A DNA stretch of 64,000 nt, taken from contig CAWBOS010000010.1 in the NCBI GenBank assembly GCA_963790475.1, positions 896,001 to 960,000 of the forward strand. The letters are read 5' to 3'. The notes beneath the pieces are model-generated. The model saw nothing but the letters and a program-made list of their open reading frames with translations, was not told where the DNA came from and did no database searches. Below are positions 9,233 through 19,578 of this stretch, in pieces (position 1 is the first letter of the stretch; every line of letters starts with the position of its first letter). The position numbers were made by a program, and so were the translations under genes. Source of the DNA: an uncultured delta proteobacterium (GTDB taxonomy: Bacteria; Desulfobacterota; RBG-13-43-22).

Positions 9233-11104
9233 TTAAGCCGCCCGAAAAGTCATTTTTAATTCATAGACCCCTTGTTCATTTTGCCGTTTTATATCAAATC
9301 CCATCTTCTCGAATAATCGGAGCATCGGTCTGTTTTCCACCAGGACCTCGGCGGTGAACCCCAGCAAGCCGTCCCGTTTGGCCAGATAGGTTAGATAAGT
9401 CAGCAATTCCATCCCGATTCCCTGTCCCTGATAATCATCACGGGTAGCCTGGGCGACTTCAGCGGTGTGATTTTTAGGGTTTATGAAATACTGCCCTATT
9501 CCGACGACTTTCTCCATCTCTCCTTCTTTGACACAGGCCAGGATGAGCATTTCCTGGGTGTGATCGATAATCACAAATTCCTGAAGCCTTTCGTGGGGCA
9601 TGTCCTGGCGAAAAGAAATAAATCGACGATAAAGGCTTTGGTCGGAGAGGGAATAAAAAAAATCTTTTAACAGGGGCTCATCGCTGATTCTTACGGGGCG
9701 GAGAAAAAGCTGCAGTCCATTGGGGGTGGTCCGATAGATCTCCAGATGTTCGGGATATTCTCCTCTGACACCGGGGATAAAGGCTTGGTCCCGATAGATC
9801 AGATTGGCCTCTTTGGCCTTTTCGATCAACCAGGGGCGAAAATCAGGATGGGCAATGGAGATCAAGGCCATGGCCCGTTCCCGGATGTTTTTCCCCAGAA
9901 GGTAGGCGATACCATATTCCGTTACCACATAATGAATGTCTCCGCGGATAAGGGTAACCCCGGCGCCTTCCCGCAGAAAAGGAACGATACGGGACACCTT
10001 CCCCCATTCGGCCGTTGATTGAATAGCCAGGATACTTTTTCCACCCGGGGCGAGAACGGCTCCGCGCATGAAATCCGCCTGCCCGCCGATACCGCTGTAG
10101 AAAGTCTTACCCAGGGACTCGGCGGTGACCTGCCCGGTCAGATCGATCTCCAGGGCGCTGTTGATGGCGGTCATGTTATTTTGCTGGGCAATGATCAGAG
10201 GGTTATTGGTATAGTCAATATTACGGAATTCAATGCTGGGGTTGTCATGGATGAACTCATACGTTTTCTGATGCCCCATACAGAAGGTGGCCACGGTTTT
10301 CCCCCGGTTTCGGCTTTTTCGGCTGTTGTCGATCACCCCCTTTTTTATTAATTCTATGACCCCATCGGTCAACAATTCGGTGTGAACGCCCAGATGTTTT
10401 TTCTCTTTAAAACTGTCCAAAATGGCATTGGGCAGGCTTCCGTAGCCCACCTGAATGGTATCGCCGTCCTGGACCAGGCGGGCTATGTATTTCCCGATCT
10501 GACGGGCCGTTTCATCAGGGGCAACCGCTTCATATTCCAGCAGGGGTTCATCCCGGCAAATGATGAAATCGATATCTTCAATATGGACAAAGCCGTCTCC
10601 GTGAACCCGAGGCATGTGGGTGTTGACCTGGGCGATAACCGATGAAGCATTTTCCACAGCAGCCTTGACAATATCCACGCTGACTCCGACGCTCATGAAG
10701 CCATGACTATCCGGCGGTGAAGTCTGGATCATGGCCACATTGATGGGGACCAGACCCCGGCGAAACATTTCGGGAACATTGGATAGAAAGATAGGCGTAT
10801 AATCCGCCAGACCCCGATTTACCGCCTCCCGGGAATTATTTCCGACAAAGAAGGAGTTATGTCGAAAATTGTTTTTGAATTTTTCTTCGGTATAGGGAGC
10901 AACCCCCAGGGTCCAGACATGGAGAACTTCCGCATCATAGAAAGCCTTGGGGTTTGATTCCACAAAGCGGATCAGGGCCTGGACCAGATACTGGGGTTCC
11001 CCGCAGGCGGTACTGATAAAGATGCGGTCGCCCCGATGGATATGACCGAAGATTTCTTCCTCGGAGACGAATTTCTTCGGATATTTTTTTTCCATTTCCT
11101 CCAT
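9233..11104 (-). CDS. Acetyl-CoA hydrolase/CoA-transferase fused to C-terminal GNAT acetyltransferase
   Basis: IQVGYGSLP, SGIGGQADFMRGA, VVTEYGIA, then GNAT motifs YQGQGIG and ENRPMLRLFEK. Confidence 0.9.
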   Translation of the reverse strand: MEEMEKKYPKKFVSEEEIFGHIHRGDRIFISTACGEPQYLVQALIRFVESNPKAFYDAEVLHVWTLGVAPYTEEKFKNNFRHNSFFVGNNSREAVNRGLADYTPIFLSNVPEMFRRGLVPINVAMIQTSPPDSHGFMSVGVSVDIVKAAVENASSVIAQVNTHMPRVHGDGFVHIEDIDFIICRDEPLLEYEAVAPDETARQIGKYIARLVQDGDTIQVGYGSLPNAILDSFKEKKHLGVHTELLTDGVIELIKKGVIDNSRKSRNRGKTVATFCMGHQKTYEFIHDNPSIEFRNIDYTNNPLIIAQQNNMTAINSALEIDLTGQVTAESLGKTFYSGIGGQADFMRGAVLAPGGKSILAIQSTAEWGKVSRIVPFLREGAGVTLIRGDIHYVVTEYGIAYLLGKNIRERAMALISIAHPDFRPWLIEKAKEANLIYRDQAFIPGVRGEYPEHLEIYRTTPNGLQLFLRPVRISDEPLLKDFFYSLSDQSLYRRFISFRQDMPHERLQEFVIIDHTQEMLILACVKEGEMEKVVGIGQYFINPKNHTAEVAQATRDDYQGQGIGMELLTYLTYLAKRDGLLGFTAEVLVENRPMLRLFEKMGFDIKRQNEQGVYELKMTFRAA

Positions 11105-11217
11105 TGCGCCCTTTTCCGCTCTCGATGGCCATGGATAGTTCCTTATTGAGATCCTTGCAGGGAACGAGGTTCAATCGAACCCCGCAAGGGATTTATTAAA
11201 TCTTTAACCTTTAAAAA

Positions 11218-11352
11218 TTGACGGCTTCATAAAAAGTCGTCACCCCGGCGAAAGCCGGGGTCCAGGAAACTTTGACTACTTAAAACACTGGATTCCGGCT
11301 TTCGCCGGAATGACATACTGTTGGTTTTTACGACTTTTTACCAGTTCATCAA
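11218..11352. repeat. REP/RPE-like palindromic intergenic element
   Basis: GTCACCCCGGCGAAAGCCGGGGTCCAG and CTGGATTCCGGCTTTCGCCGGAATGAC inside TAAAAAGTCG / CGACTTTTTA arms; partial second copy at 48763-48812. Confidence 0.8.
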
Positions 11353-11390
11353 AAGTTCTCTTTTCTCGTTTGAAGGGCCGATTCGGATAA

Positions 11391-12602
11391 TTATTTCCTT
11401 AGGTTTTCAATAACCGAAGCCACGCCAAGCCCACCACCGCAGCAGGAAGAGAAGAAAGCATATTTCCCCCCCCGCCGGGCCATTTCCTTCATGGCGAACA
11501 TGCAGATTCTTGCTCCGGAGGCCCCGTTGGGATGACCGAAGGCGATCGCTCCGCCCAGCGGGTTCCATTTGTTCATGTCCACTTTGGAACCGGTCTGCTT
11601 TTCCAGCTCCTTAATGACAGCCAGGTTCTGAACAGCAAAGGCCTCGTTGCATTCCAAAATATCGATGTCGGACAGTTTTAAGCCGGCCCGTTTCAGGGCC
11701 TTGGGTACGGCATAGGCCGGGGCAATACCCATGATCCTGGGATCGACACCGGCTTCGGCCCCTGCCAGCCATTTGGCATAAGGCTGATAACCGTATTCCT
11801 TGGCTTTTTCAGCGCTCATCATGAGCACGAAACCCGAACCGTCGTTCTGTCCGGAGGAATTGCCGGCGGTTACCGTCCCCCCTTCTTTGAAGGCCGGGGG
11901 CAGCTTGGCCATGACATCCAGCCTGGATTCCGGGCGGACATGTTCATCGACCTTAAAGACCACTTCGGGGGTCTTTCTGGTGGCCGGGAAAACTACCGGA
12001 ACGATCTCATCAACAAATTTTCCCGCTTCCATGGCCGCTTTGGCCCTCATTTGGCTGTTATAGGCAAATTCATCGGAGGCCTCACGGGGTATGTTGTACA
12101 TGCCCTGCAGATTTTCGGCCGTAATGCCCATGCCTATGTTTTCATCCGTGACCGGCGAAAGTTGCAGTCGGAGAGGGGAGGGCGGAATCAGTTTGTAGGG
12201 GGGATTGGACATCGAGAACTTGACCGGCAACTGGCTGTAGGATTCCATACCGCCGGCAATTATCACATCCGCTTGATTGGCCAAAATTTTCCAGGCGGCA
12301 TGATTGATCGAATCAATGGCCGAACCACATTGCATTTCAATATAGGAGGCCGGTGTTTCATAACCAAGACCCGCATCAAGGGTGGCCCAGCGGGCCGGGT
12401 TCATGGCCCTCGAACAATGGGCGGCACTGCCCAGAAAGACCGAGTCCACAACAACTCCCTTCTCCTTGATCTTGGCATTTTCCACAAGACCTCTGATTCC
12501 GATACCGGCCAGTTTTGAGGCCGGAATGTCTCTTAATGTTCCTCCCAAGCGACCAAAAGCCGTACGGGCGCCTTCAACAAATACCACTTCTCTTTGAGCC
12601 AT
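11391..12602 (-). CDS. Acetyl-CoA C-acyltransferase (thiolase family)
   Basis: QCGS active-site Cys, NEAFA, GGAIAFGHP, CCGGGLG; GGAG RBS before ATG 12602. Confidence 0.95.
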   Translation of the reverse strand: MAQREVVFVEGARTAFGRLGGTLRDIPASKLAGIGIRGLVENAKIKEKGVVVDSVFLGSAAHCSRAMNPARWATLDAGLGYETPASYIEMQCGSAIDSINHAAWKILANQADVIIAGGMESYSQLPVKFSMSNPPYKLIPPSPLRLQLSPVTDENIGMGITAENLQGMYNIPREASDEFAYNSQMRAKAAMEAGKFVDEIVPVVFPATRKTPEVVFKVDEHVRPESRLDVMAKLPPAFKEGGTVTAGNSSGQNDGSGFVLMMSAEKAKEYGYQPYAKWLAGAEAGVDPRIMGIAPAYAVPKALKRAGLKLSDIDILECNEAFAVQNLAVIKELEKQTGSKVDMNKWNPLGGAIAFGHPNGASGARICMFAMKEMARRGGKYAFFSSCCGGGLGVASVIENLRK

Positions 12603-12789
12603 ATTCTTTTCTCCTTTATAATAAATTGTGCCTGCCAGAATAATCGGCATTGCCTTTTTAATACTATCAATCGAATCAGGCAAAAATCAAGCAAAATCAC
12701 ATTAATGTTTATTGACAAATATCCCCTTTTCCAATATTAAAAAAAAATCGTCTCAATTTATACCGCCCATAAAGAAGGGAGAGGTCGTC

Positions 12790-13920
12790 ATGAAACAAAA
12801 AATGATCGTCGTTATTTCCATAGGAATCCTGCTCTGTCTACCTGATTTTTTGTCGGCCAAGGAGACTGTTAAAATCGGACTGATCACCCCCCTGACCGGG
12901 GATGTGAAAACTTTCGGCGAATCGGCCAAGAACGCCTTTACCATAGCCCTTGAGGACTACGCCAAAACCGGTAAGTACCAGATTGTTCCGGTTATCGCCG
13001 ACGACAGGAATGATCCCACAGAAGGGGCGAATGGGGCCTTAAAGCTGACCACCCAGGACAAGGTGGTAGCCATTGTCGGACCTTTGACCTCCAAAGTCGC
13101 CATCCCGGTCAGCGAGATCGCCGATAGAAACAAGGTTCCCATGGTCACCGGAACTGCTACCAACCCGAAGGTGACGATTTACGACGGAAAAAGAAAGTCC
13201 TATGTTTTTCGGGCTTGTTTCATCGACCCCTTTCAAGGCAGTGTGGCCGCCAATTTCGCCCTCAGTACCTTGAAAGAAAAAACTGCGGCGGTGCTCTATG
13301 ACCTCAGCAACGATTATTCCAAAGGTCTGGCCGAGGTTTTTAAGACCACCTTTGAAAAGGGCAAAGGCACCATTACGGCTTACGAATCTTACCAAAAGGA
13401 CGATGTTGATTTTTCAGCCCTGATCACCAAGGTGGGAGTCAAGAAACCAGACCTTATTTTCATCCCTGATTATTATAACAAGGTGGCCCTCATTGCCCGC
13501 CAGGTCAGAGAAAAAGGGCTGAAAGGCATCATGATAGGCGGGGATGGCTGGGATTCCCCGGAACTGGTGAAGATCGGCGGAAAGGCCGTGATCGGAGGTT
13601 ATTTCACCAACCATTATTCTCCAGAAAGAAAAGATAAAGTCGCCGAGGCCTTTATCAATAAATACAAACAAAAACACGGGCAGGTTCCGGATGCCCTGGG
13701 AGCCTTGTCCTACGATGCTACGGTGATTGTTCTGCAGGCTTTGGATAAGGCCAAAAAACCCACATCCGAAGAGATCCTCAAATCTCTGGCCGCCTTGAAA
13801 AATTTCATGGGGGTGACCGGTAAGATCAACTTTGACAAGAATGGGGATGCGGTTAAATCGGCAGTGGTGCTTAAGGTGGAAAAGGATGGTTTTAAATATA
13901 TTTCAACGGTAAATCCTTAG
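12790..13920 (+). CDS. livK: Branched-chain amino acid ABC transporter substrate-binding protein
   Basis: Signal peptide, IGLITPLTG, FRACFIDPFQG, GGDGWDS. Confidence 0.9.
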   Translation: MKQKMIVVISIGILLCLPDFLSAKETVKIGLITPLTGDVKTFGESAKNAFTIALEDYAKTGKYQIVPVIADDRNDPTEGANGALKLTTQDKVVAIVGPLTSKVAIPVSEIADRNKVPMVTGTATNPKVTIYDGKRKSYVFRACFIDPFQGSVAANFALSTLKEKTAAVLYDLSNDYSKGLAEVFKTTFEKGKGTITAYESYQKDDVDFSALITKVGVKKPDLIFIPDYYNKVALIARQVREKGLKGIMIGGDGWDSPELVKIGGKAVIGGYFTNHYSPERKDKVAEAFINKYKQKHGQVPDALGALSYDATVIVLQALDKAKKPTSEEILKSLAALKNFMGVTGKINFDKNGDAVKSAVVLKVEKDGFKYISTVNP

Positions 13921-13986
13921 TAGTTCGGAGTGATGAGTTCGGAGTTCGGAGTAAAAGACTGGTTTACCCGAACTCCGAACTCAAAC
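13921..13986. repeat. Heptamer tandem/inverted repeat (GAGTTCG)n...(CGAACTC)n
   Basis: Seen directly between livK and livH. Confidence 0.75.
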
Positions 13987-14021
13987 TTTACCCTAAACAA
14001 ATAAGCATAGGCAGGGAGGAA

Positions 14022-14908
14022 CCTGGAACTCTAAGCTACTCCTTCAGCAGTCCATCAACGGCCTTCAGCTCGGGCGGTATATGCCCTGATCGCCCTGGGC
14101 TACACTATGGTCTACGGGTATTGCGTCTGATCAATTTCGCCCATGGGGATATCTTTATGTTCGGGGCTTTCACGGCCTATTATTTATTGACTGACGGGCG
14201 GCTGCCTTTATATCTGGTCGTCATCATCACCATGTCCGTGACCGGCGCCCTCGGTGTTTTGGTTGAAAAAATCGCTTATAGGCCCTTGCGCAATGCCCCC
14301 AAAATCTCACTGCTGATTACCGCCGTAGGCGTATCCCTGTTTCTCGAATACTTCCTGGGCCTGGACAGTCTCTTTACCTCCAATTATATCGCCTTTCCGC
14401 GCCCTTTCGAGGTCATCGTCTACGAATTTCCGCTGTTCACCATCACCAATATCAGATCATGATATTTGCCTTGACCGGTATTTCTCTCTTCTTGCTCTAC
14501 CTTTTGATTTACAAAACCAAATACGGTAAAGCGATGCGGGCGGTATCCCATGACCAGGAAACCGCCTCCTTGATGGGCATTTCAGTGGACGGGATCATTT
14601 CCTTCACCTTCATGCTGGGTACCGCTCTGGCCGGGATCGGTGGTATCCTCTACGGCTTTGCTTATCCGCAGATCAACGTCTTCATGGGTATCATGCCGGG
14701 CATCAAGTCGTTCATTGCCGCTGTAGTGGGAGGTATCGGCCTCATACACGGGGCCGTGATCGGCGGGATACTGATCGGTATTTCGGAGGTCTATGTCTCG
14801 GCCTTTCTCTCCTCAACCCTGCGCGACGGGGTGATATTCATTATCCTCCTCCTCGTCCTTCTGCTGAGGCCGAACGGTCTTTTCGGAAAAAAGGTGGAAA
14901 AGGTATGA
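14022..14908 (+). CDS. livH: Branched-chain amino acid ABC permease (several frameshifts; start approximate)
   Basis: LLQQSINGLQLG / YALIALGYTMVYG / LINFAHGD / GKAMRAVS spread over shifted frames. Confidence 0.8.
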
Positions 14909-15870
14909 CCTTCCTTCGGGGAGCGGCCAGGTTCCTGATTTGTACGGCCATCCTCTATCTTTTGCTCAAAGGATTCTTTCTCTCCGGTTGGGTGACCGAC
15001 TATATTCAGCAGATTATCCTTCTGACTTTTATTGTAATCTTGAATGCCCTGGGACTGAATGTCATTTACGGGTATACCGGTCAATTTTCTCTGGGACAGG
15101 CCGCTTTTTACGGCCTGGGGGCCTATACCTCCGCCTACCTTTGTTCCGTTTTTCATATAGAACATTGGATCCCTTTTATTCCGGTGCTTTTACTGAGTGG
15201 ATTATTGGCCGGTCTCGTCGGTTACCTGATCGGACTTCCCATACTCCGTCTTAGGGACGATTTTCTGGCCATCGCTACCCTCAGCTTCGGTATCCTGGTC
15301 CGGGTCCTGCTGGATAATTCCGATCGCTTTATCGAAGTCCTGGGCGGTTCGCGGGGATTTGTCGGTCTGCCCAGGATAACCAACCTCGAATTGGCCCTTT
15401 TTATCAGCGCCTTTTTGATCCTGGTCACCCGAAACCTCATCTTTTCCAAATACGGCCTGTTCTGGCAATGTATCAAGGACGATGAACTGGCCTCGCAGGT
15501 CTTCGGCATCGATACGACCAGGATGAAGCTCCTGGCCTTCAGTTACGGATGTTTCCTGTCCGGTGTCGCCGGTTCCCTTTACGCCCAACTCTACACCTTT
15601 CTTCATCCTTCGAATTTTGATTTCCTCAAATCAATTGATTTTCTGATCATTGTCATCATCGGGGGCATGGGGAGCATCACCGGTACCCTCTTTGCCGGTC
15701 TGCTCTGGGTAGGCTTTATCGAAGGACTGCGCATCCTCCTGCCCGACCGGATGCTGGAACTGCGTTGGGTCATCATTCCCGTGTTTCTCATTTTATTGAT
15801 GATGTGGAGACCCGGCGGGCTTATTGCCCGGAAAGAATCCTCCCTTTTGGGAATCGCCGACGTACCATGA
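14905..15870 (+). CDS. livM: Branched-chain amino acid ABC permease
   Basis: GYTGQFSLGQAAFYGLGAY, LRLRDDFLAIATL, GGMGSITG. Confidence 0.9.
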   Translation: MTFLRGAARFLICTAILYLLLKGFFLSGWVTDYIQQIILLTFIVILNALGLNVIYGYTGQFSLGQAAFYGLGAYTSAYLCSVFHIEHWIPFIPVLLLSGLLAGLVGYLIGLPILRLRDDFLAIATLSFGILVRVLLDNSDRFIEVLGGSRGFVGLPRITNLELALFISAFLILVTRNLIFSKYGLFWQCIKDDELASQVFGIDTTRMKLLAFSYGCFLSGVAGSLYAQLYTFLHPSNFDFLKSIDFLIIVIIGGMGSITGTLFAGLLWVGFIEGLRILLPDRMLELRWVIIPVFLILLMMWRPGGLIARKESSLLGIADVP

Positions 15871-16637
15871 AAGCACTGGACCTAATCCTTTTAAAGAAGA
15901 CCTTCGGCGGTGTCGACGCCGTTGATGCCCTCTCTTTTTCGGTCGATGAGTTTGAAACCGTCGGTATCATCGGACCCAACGGGGCGGGAAAGACTACCGT
16001 GTTCAACCTGATCAGCGGCCTCTATCACCCGGATTCAGGTCGTATTGTTTATTTCGGTCGAGATGTCATTGGTCTGGCCCCCTTTCGTCTGGCCGGCCTC
16101 GGCCTGTCCCGAACCTTTCAAAACCTCCGTTTGTTCAAGACCCTGACGGTAGCCGAAAACATCAAGGCGCCGATCTTACGACGGGAAGGATACGGTCCCT
16201 GGAAGGCCGTTTTCCGGACGCGGGATTTTATGCGGCTGGAAAGGGCCGCGGAAAAGAAGATCGAAGAACTGCTGGCTTTTTTCCAGATGACCGGCAAAGA
16301 ATCCCTTTCTGCTGACAGCCTTCCCTACGGCGAACAGCGAAAACTGGAATTAGCCCGGGCCCTGGCCGGGGAGCCGAGGCTGCTGTTGATCGATGAACCG
16401 GGGGCCGGTATGAACCCCAAAGAAATCCAGGACCTGGTGGGGATTATTCGCCGGATAAAAACCCATTTCCGTTTGACTATCCTGCTCATTGAACATCAGA
16501 TGGGGCTGGTCATGAACGTCTCAGACCGGGTTGTGGTCATGGATTACGGCTGTAAAATCGCCGAAGGATTGCCGGCGGAAATCAAAAATAATAGAAAGGT
16601 CATCGAGGCCTATCTTGGGGAACCTAACCTATGCTGA
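15867..16637 (+). CDS. livG: Branched-chain amino acid ABC ATP-binding protein
   Basis: GPNGAGKTT, LPYGEQRKLELARAL, EAYLG. Confidence 0.9.
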   Translation: MKALDLILLKKTFGGVDAVDALSFSVDEFETVGIIGPNGAGKTTVFNLISGLYHPDSGRIVYFGRDVIGLAPFRLAGLGLSRTFQNLRLFKTLTVAENIKAPILRREGYGPWKAVFRTRDFMRLERAAEKKIEELLAFFQMTGKESLSADSLPYGEQRKLELARALAGEPRLLLIDEPGAGMNPKEIQDLVGIIRRIKTHFRLTILLIEHQMGLVMNVSDRVVVMDYGCKIAEGLPAEIKNNRKVIEAYLGEPNLC

Positions 16638-17353
16638 TGAAGATCTCCGATCTCCGGGTGACCTATGGAGTCATTAAGGCCATTGACGAAGTAAATGTTG
16701 AAGTGCAGCCGAGGGAGATAGTTTCGATCATCGGGGCCAATGGGGCAGGGAAAACCACCCTTCTGAAAACCATTGCCGGTCTTTTGCGGCCGGCAAAGGG
16801 CCAGATAGAATATCAGGGAGAAAATATCACCAAACAACGCCCGGACCGGATCGTCAGACTCGGTATCGGCCTGGTGCCGGAAGGCAGACGAGTCTTTCCG
16901 GATTTAACCGTAAAAGAAAACCTGGAGTTGGGCGCCTATGCCGTTTCCGGCAGATCGCTCCGCAAGGAATTACTTGAACTATCCCTGGCCACCTTCCCCC
17001 GATTACAAGAGCGGCTCAGACAGCCGGCCGGAACCCTGTCCGGAGGTGAACAACAGATGCTGGCTGTGGGTCGTGCCCTTATGGGCAATCCCGATCTGCT
17101 CCTCCTCGACGAACCGTCCATGGGACTTTCCCCCCTGGTAACCAGAGAAATATTCACCCTGATTAAAAAGATCAATGAGGAAAAAAGTATTTCTATGATT
17201 CTCGTGGAGCAAAACGCCCATCTGGCCCTTGATTATTCCCATCGGGCCTATGTACTGGAGTCCGGCCGGGTGGTTATGGAAGGGGAATCGGCGATGATCA
17301 AACGGAATCCGGCTGTCATCGATGCCTATCTCGGTTTCGAATCGGTAGAATAG
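16631..17353 (+). CDS. livF: Branched-chain amino acid ABC ATP-binding protein
   Basis: GANGAGKTT, VPEGRRVF, LSGGEQQMLA, LDEPSMGL. Confidence 0.92.
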   Translation: MLMKISDLRVTYGVIKAIDEVNVEVQPREIVSIIGANGAGKTTLLKTIAGLLRPAKGQIEYQGENITKQRPDRIVRLGIGLVPEGRRVFPDLTVKENLELGAYAVSGRSLRKELLELSLATFPRLQERLRQPAGTLSGGEQQMLAVGRALMGNPDLLLLDEPSMGLSPLVTREIFTLIKKINEEKSISMILVEQNAHLALDYSHRAYVLESGRVVMEGESAMIKRNPAVIDAYLGFESVE

Positions 17354-17432
17354 GACTTAACGGAAGGTTTACTTCCATTTGTCCTGGGAGCAAGGAGCCA
17401 AGGACGGTTGTCCTTCAGACGGAAGGAAGGGC

Positions 17433-17666
17433 TCAGATCCCCGGCAGTAAGGCACTCCAAGGGATGTCAGGATGTTTCTGGCGAAAAGATTTTGGAATAC
17501 GCTTGGCGGCTTCACCAAGAACTTCAAGACTTCTGATCACTGCATTGACGGTCTTTTTATCCTGTGAAAAAATTTCATAGGACATGCCTCCTGTGAATTC
17601 CTCGATGTCAGCAATGGAAGTTATGATATCGTTAAGGTAATCGGTGAGATCAAGCGCCTTAGACAT
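17433..17666 (-). pseudogene. HEPN/DUF86 (HepT-like) toxin, C-terminally truncated
   Basis: AVIRSLEVLGEAAKRIP...HPDIPW, then ends without the R-x4-H RNase motif. Confidence 0.8.
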
Positions 17667-17955
17667 ACTCTACCTCGGCCAGGATACGTTTGCCAATGGC
17701 TGGTTTGAGAGCTGAGGCCATAACCAGATCAACTTTGGCGCTCAGTTTGTCTTTAAGGTACTCACGCAGATCTAAAAAGTCGAAGAGGTCGATATCACGG
17801 CTGAAGGTTACAAGTATGTCGATGTCACTCTTTTTTCTTTGCCGCTCTCTGACGCAGGAACCGAAAAGTCCAAGTTGCCGGACCCCGTAGCGGGATTCCA
17901 TCTCCGGTTTGCTGCTTTTGATGATATTTATAATCTCACTTTTTCCCATAATCAT
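17659..17955 (-). CDS. Minimal nucleotidyltransferase (MntA-type antitoxin)
   Basis: GLFGS.VR....SDIDILV, KVDLV; overlaps the HEPN gene. Confidence 0.9.
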   Translation of the reverse strand: MIMGKSEIINIIKSSKPEMESRYGVRQLGLFGSCVRERQRKKSDIDILVTFSRDIDLFDFLDLREYLKDKLSAKVDLVMASALKPAIGKRILAEVEYV

Positions 17956-18051
17956 CCGCGACCGCTATGGTTTATAAGCTAATCATTTGACTTGCCTATG
18001 TAATATAGGATAATCCGGGTTTCCTGTCAATGTGATTTGACAACGACGATT

Positions 18052-18959
18052 TCACAACCTCGCCAGCTCTTCCTCGTAACTTTTTACCCAGCCATCGGCA
18101 CCGATATCGCGCATCAGTTCGATGGCTTTTCCCAGCTTTTCTTTGGCCTGGGCCAGGTCGCCCTTCTTCTTGAAGAATTCGGCGTAGAAGGCGTAGTCAA
18201 GGCCTAAATGCCATCTCATCTTATTTTTCGCATCAGCGGAGATCGCTTTTATTATCCAGTCTTCACTTTTTGAAAAATAAGAGGGGTTGGCATTCATCAG
18301 AATTTCGGCCATATATCGATTCAGAGTCCCCTCCTGAATCTTTATTTTATTTTGAATAATGGAGAAAGACAATGATGCCAGATCAAAAAAGTGTTCACCC
18401 GCGAACACCTTTGCCCTTAACATTGCTACCTTATTCAGGATCAACCAGCTTGGCATCACCTTTTTGTTTTCGAGTGCTGCGATAGAGTTCGCATAATAAG
18501 AGATGGCCTCTGGATAATTCCCTAATTGAAAGGAAACTTCACCCAGAAAGTAATTTCCTGCAACCAGCCACCAAAATTGATTTATATTCCGATTTACCTC
18601 GTTTCCCTTGAGAAGATTTGTCATCGCAGGCTCCCAACGCCCTTTCCCAAAACAGGAAATCCCATAGCCGGAATAAGCAAAGATCTTTAGTCTATGGTTC
18701 CCAAGATTGTAAACAACCTGGAAACCATTCTCCCGGAGTCGTGGCTCTGGGCCAATTCAATGATCGGTTCAATGGCCTTTTCTGCCTCATGGAAGTAATT
18801 CATCTCCAGGAAACGGAGTCCTAGATTAGTCCTGGCGTCTATGACTCTTTTTTGAATATCTTCGGTTTGAGGTAATTTATCAAGGCAGGAGATTGTTCTT
18901 TCGGTATATAAAATCGCTTCGTTAATCGAACTACTTTTGGTTGCTTTATGGGCAGCCAT
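18052..18959 (-). pseudogene. Fragmented TPR-containing C-terminal part of a large adenylate cyclase/AAA-TPR-type protein
   Basis: Two out-of-frame TPR-like pieces ending LGKAIELMRDIGADGWV; no N-terminal domains. Confidence 0.6.
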
Positions 18960-19141
18960 TCTTGAATGCTCGGCAGATAATAGCTTTAGTAATCAATAGA
19001 GGATCGTAGGCAAAGGAAACGGCTGCATGCCCGGATGGATCTTTTGAGTATTGAATCCTGGCCATAAATTGTCTCAAGATTCTAAGGGGAAGAGTTAAAA
19101 GAACATAACTACTGACGATTGAACAGCATAACCGACTAATT

Positions 19142-19184
19142 TGTCAATAAAATTATTGACAGCAAATGTTTTTAATATTATACT
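19142..19184 (+). promoter_or_regulatory. Sigma70 promoter of the hisI-hisG operon with overlapping palindrome
   Basis: TTGACA (19156) N17 TATACT (19179); TGTCAATAA-AA-TTATTGACA inverted repeat. Confidence 0.65.
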
Positions 19185-19193
19185 TTAAGACTT

Positions 19194-19578
19194 ATGGAAA
19201 TTAAACTTAACTTCGAAAAAGGAAACGGCCTTCTTCCGGCCATTGCCCAGGACTGGATGACCGGACAGGTACTGATGATGGCCTTTATGAACCGGGAGGC
19301 CTGGGAAAAGACCTTGTCCACAGGGAAGGTCCACTACTGGAGCCGTTCCCGAAATGAACTGTGGTTTAAAGGCGGCACTTCCGGGCATGTTCAGGAAGTC
19401 AAGGAAATCCTCATTGACTGTGATGGGGATACTATCCTGTTGAAAGTGGATCAAATAGGCGGGGGGAGCCTGTCATACAGGCTATAAGAGTTGTTTTTTT
19501 CAGAAAATTAAAGAAGACGGGACCGTGGAAGTTTGCGGCGAAAAAGCTTTCGATCCCGAGGAGGTCTATAAAAAGTGA
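19194..19578 (+). CDS. hisI: Phosphoribosyl-AMP cyclohydrolase (frameshift in G-run near 19465)
   Basis: YWSRSR..LW.KG.TSG, DCDGD, then [10 protein letters not shown] in the shifted frame. Confidence 0.9.

Noticed and set aside
17433-17435. UGA readthrough of the HEPN toxin
   Set aside because: Homology is lost before the stop, the site is not a Cys position, and no R-x4-H motif appears downstream.
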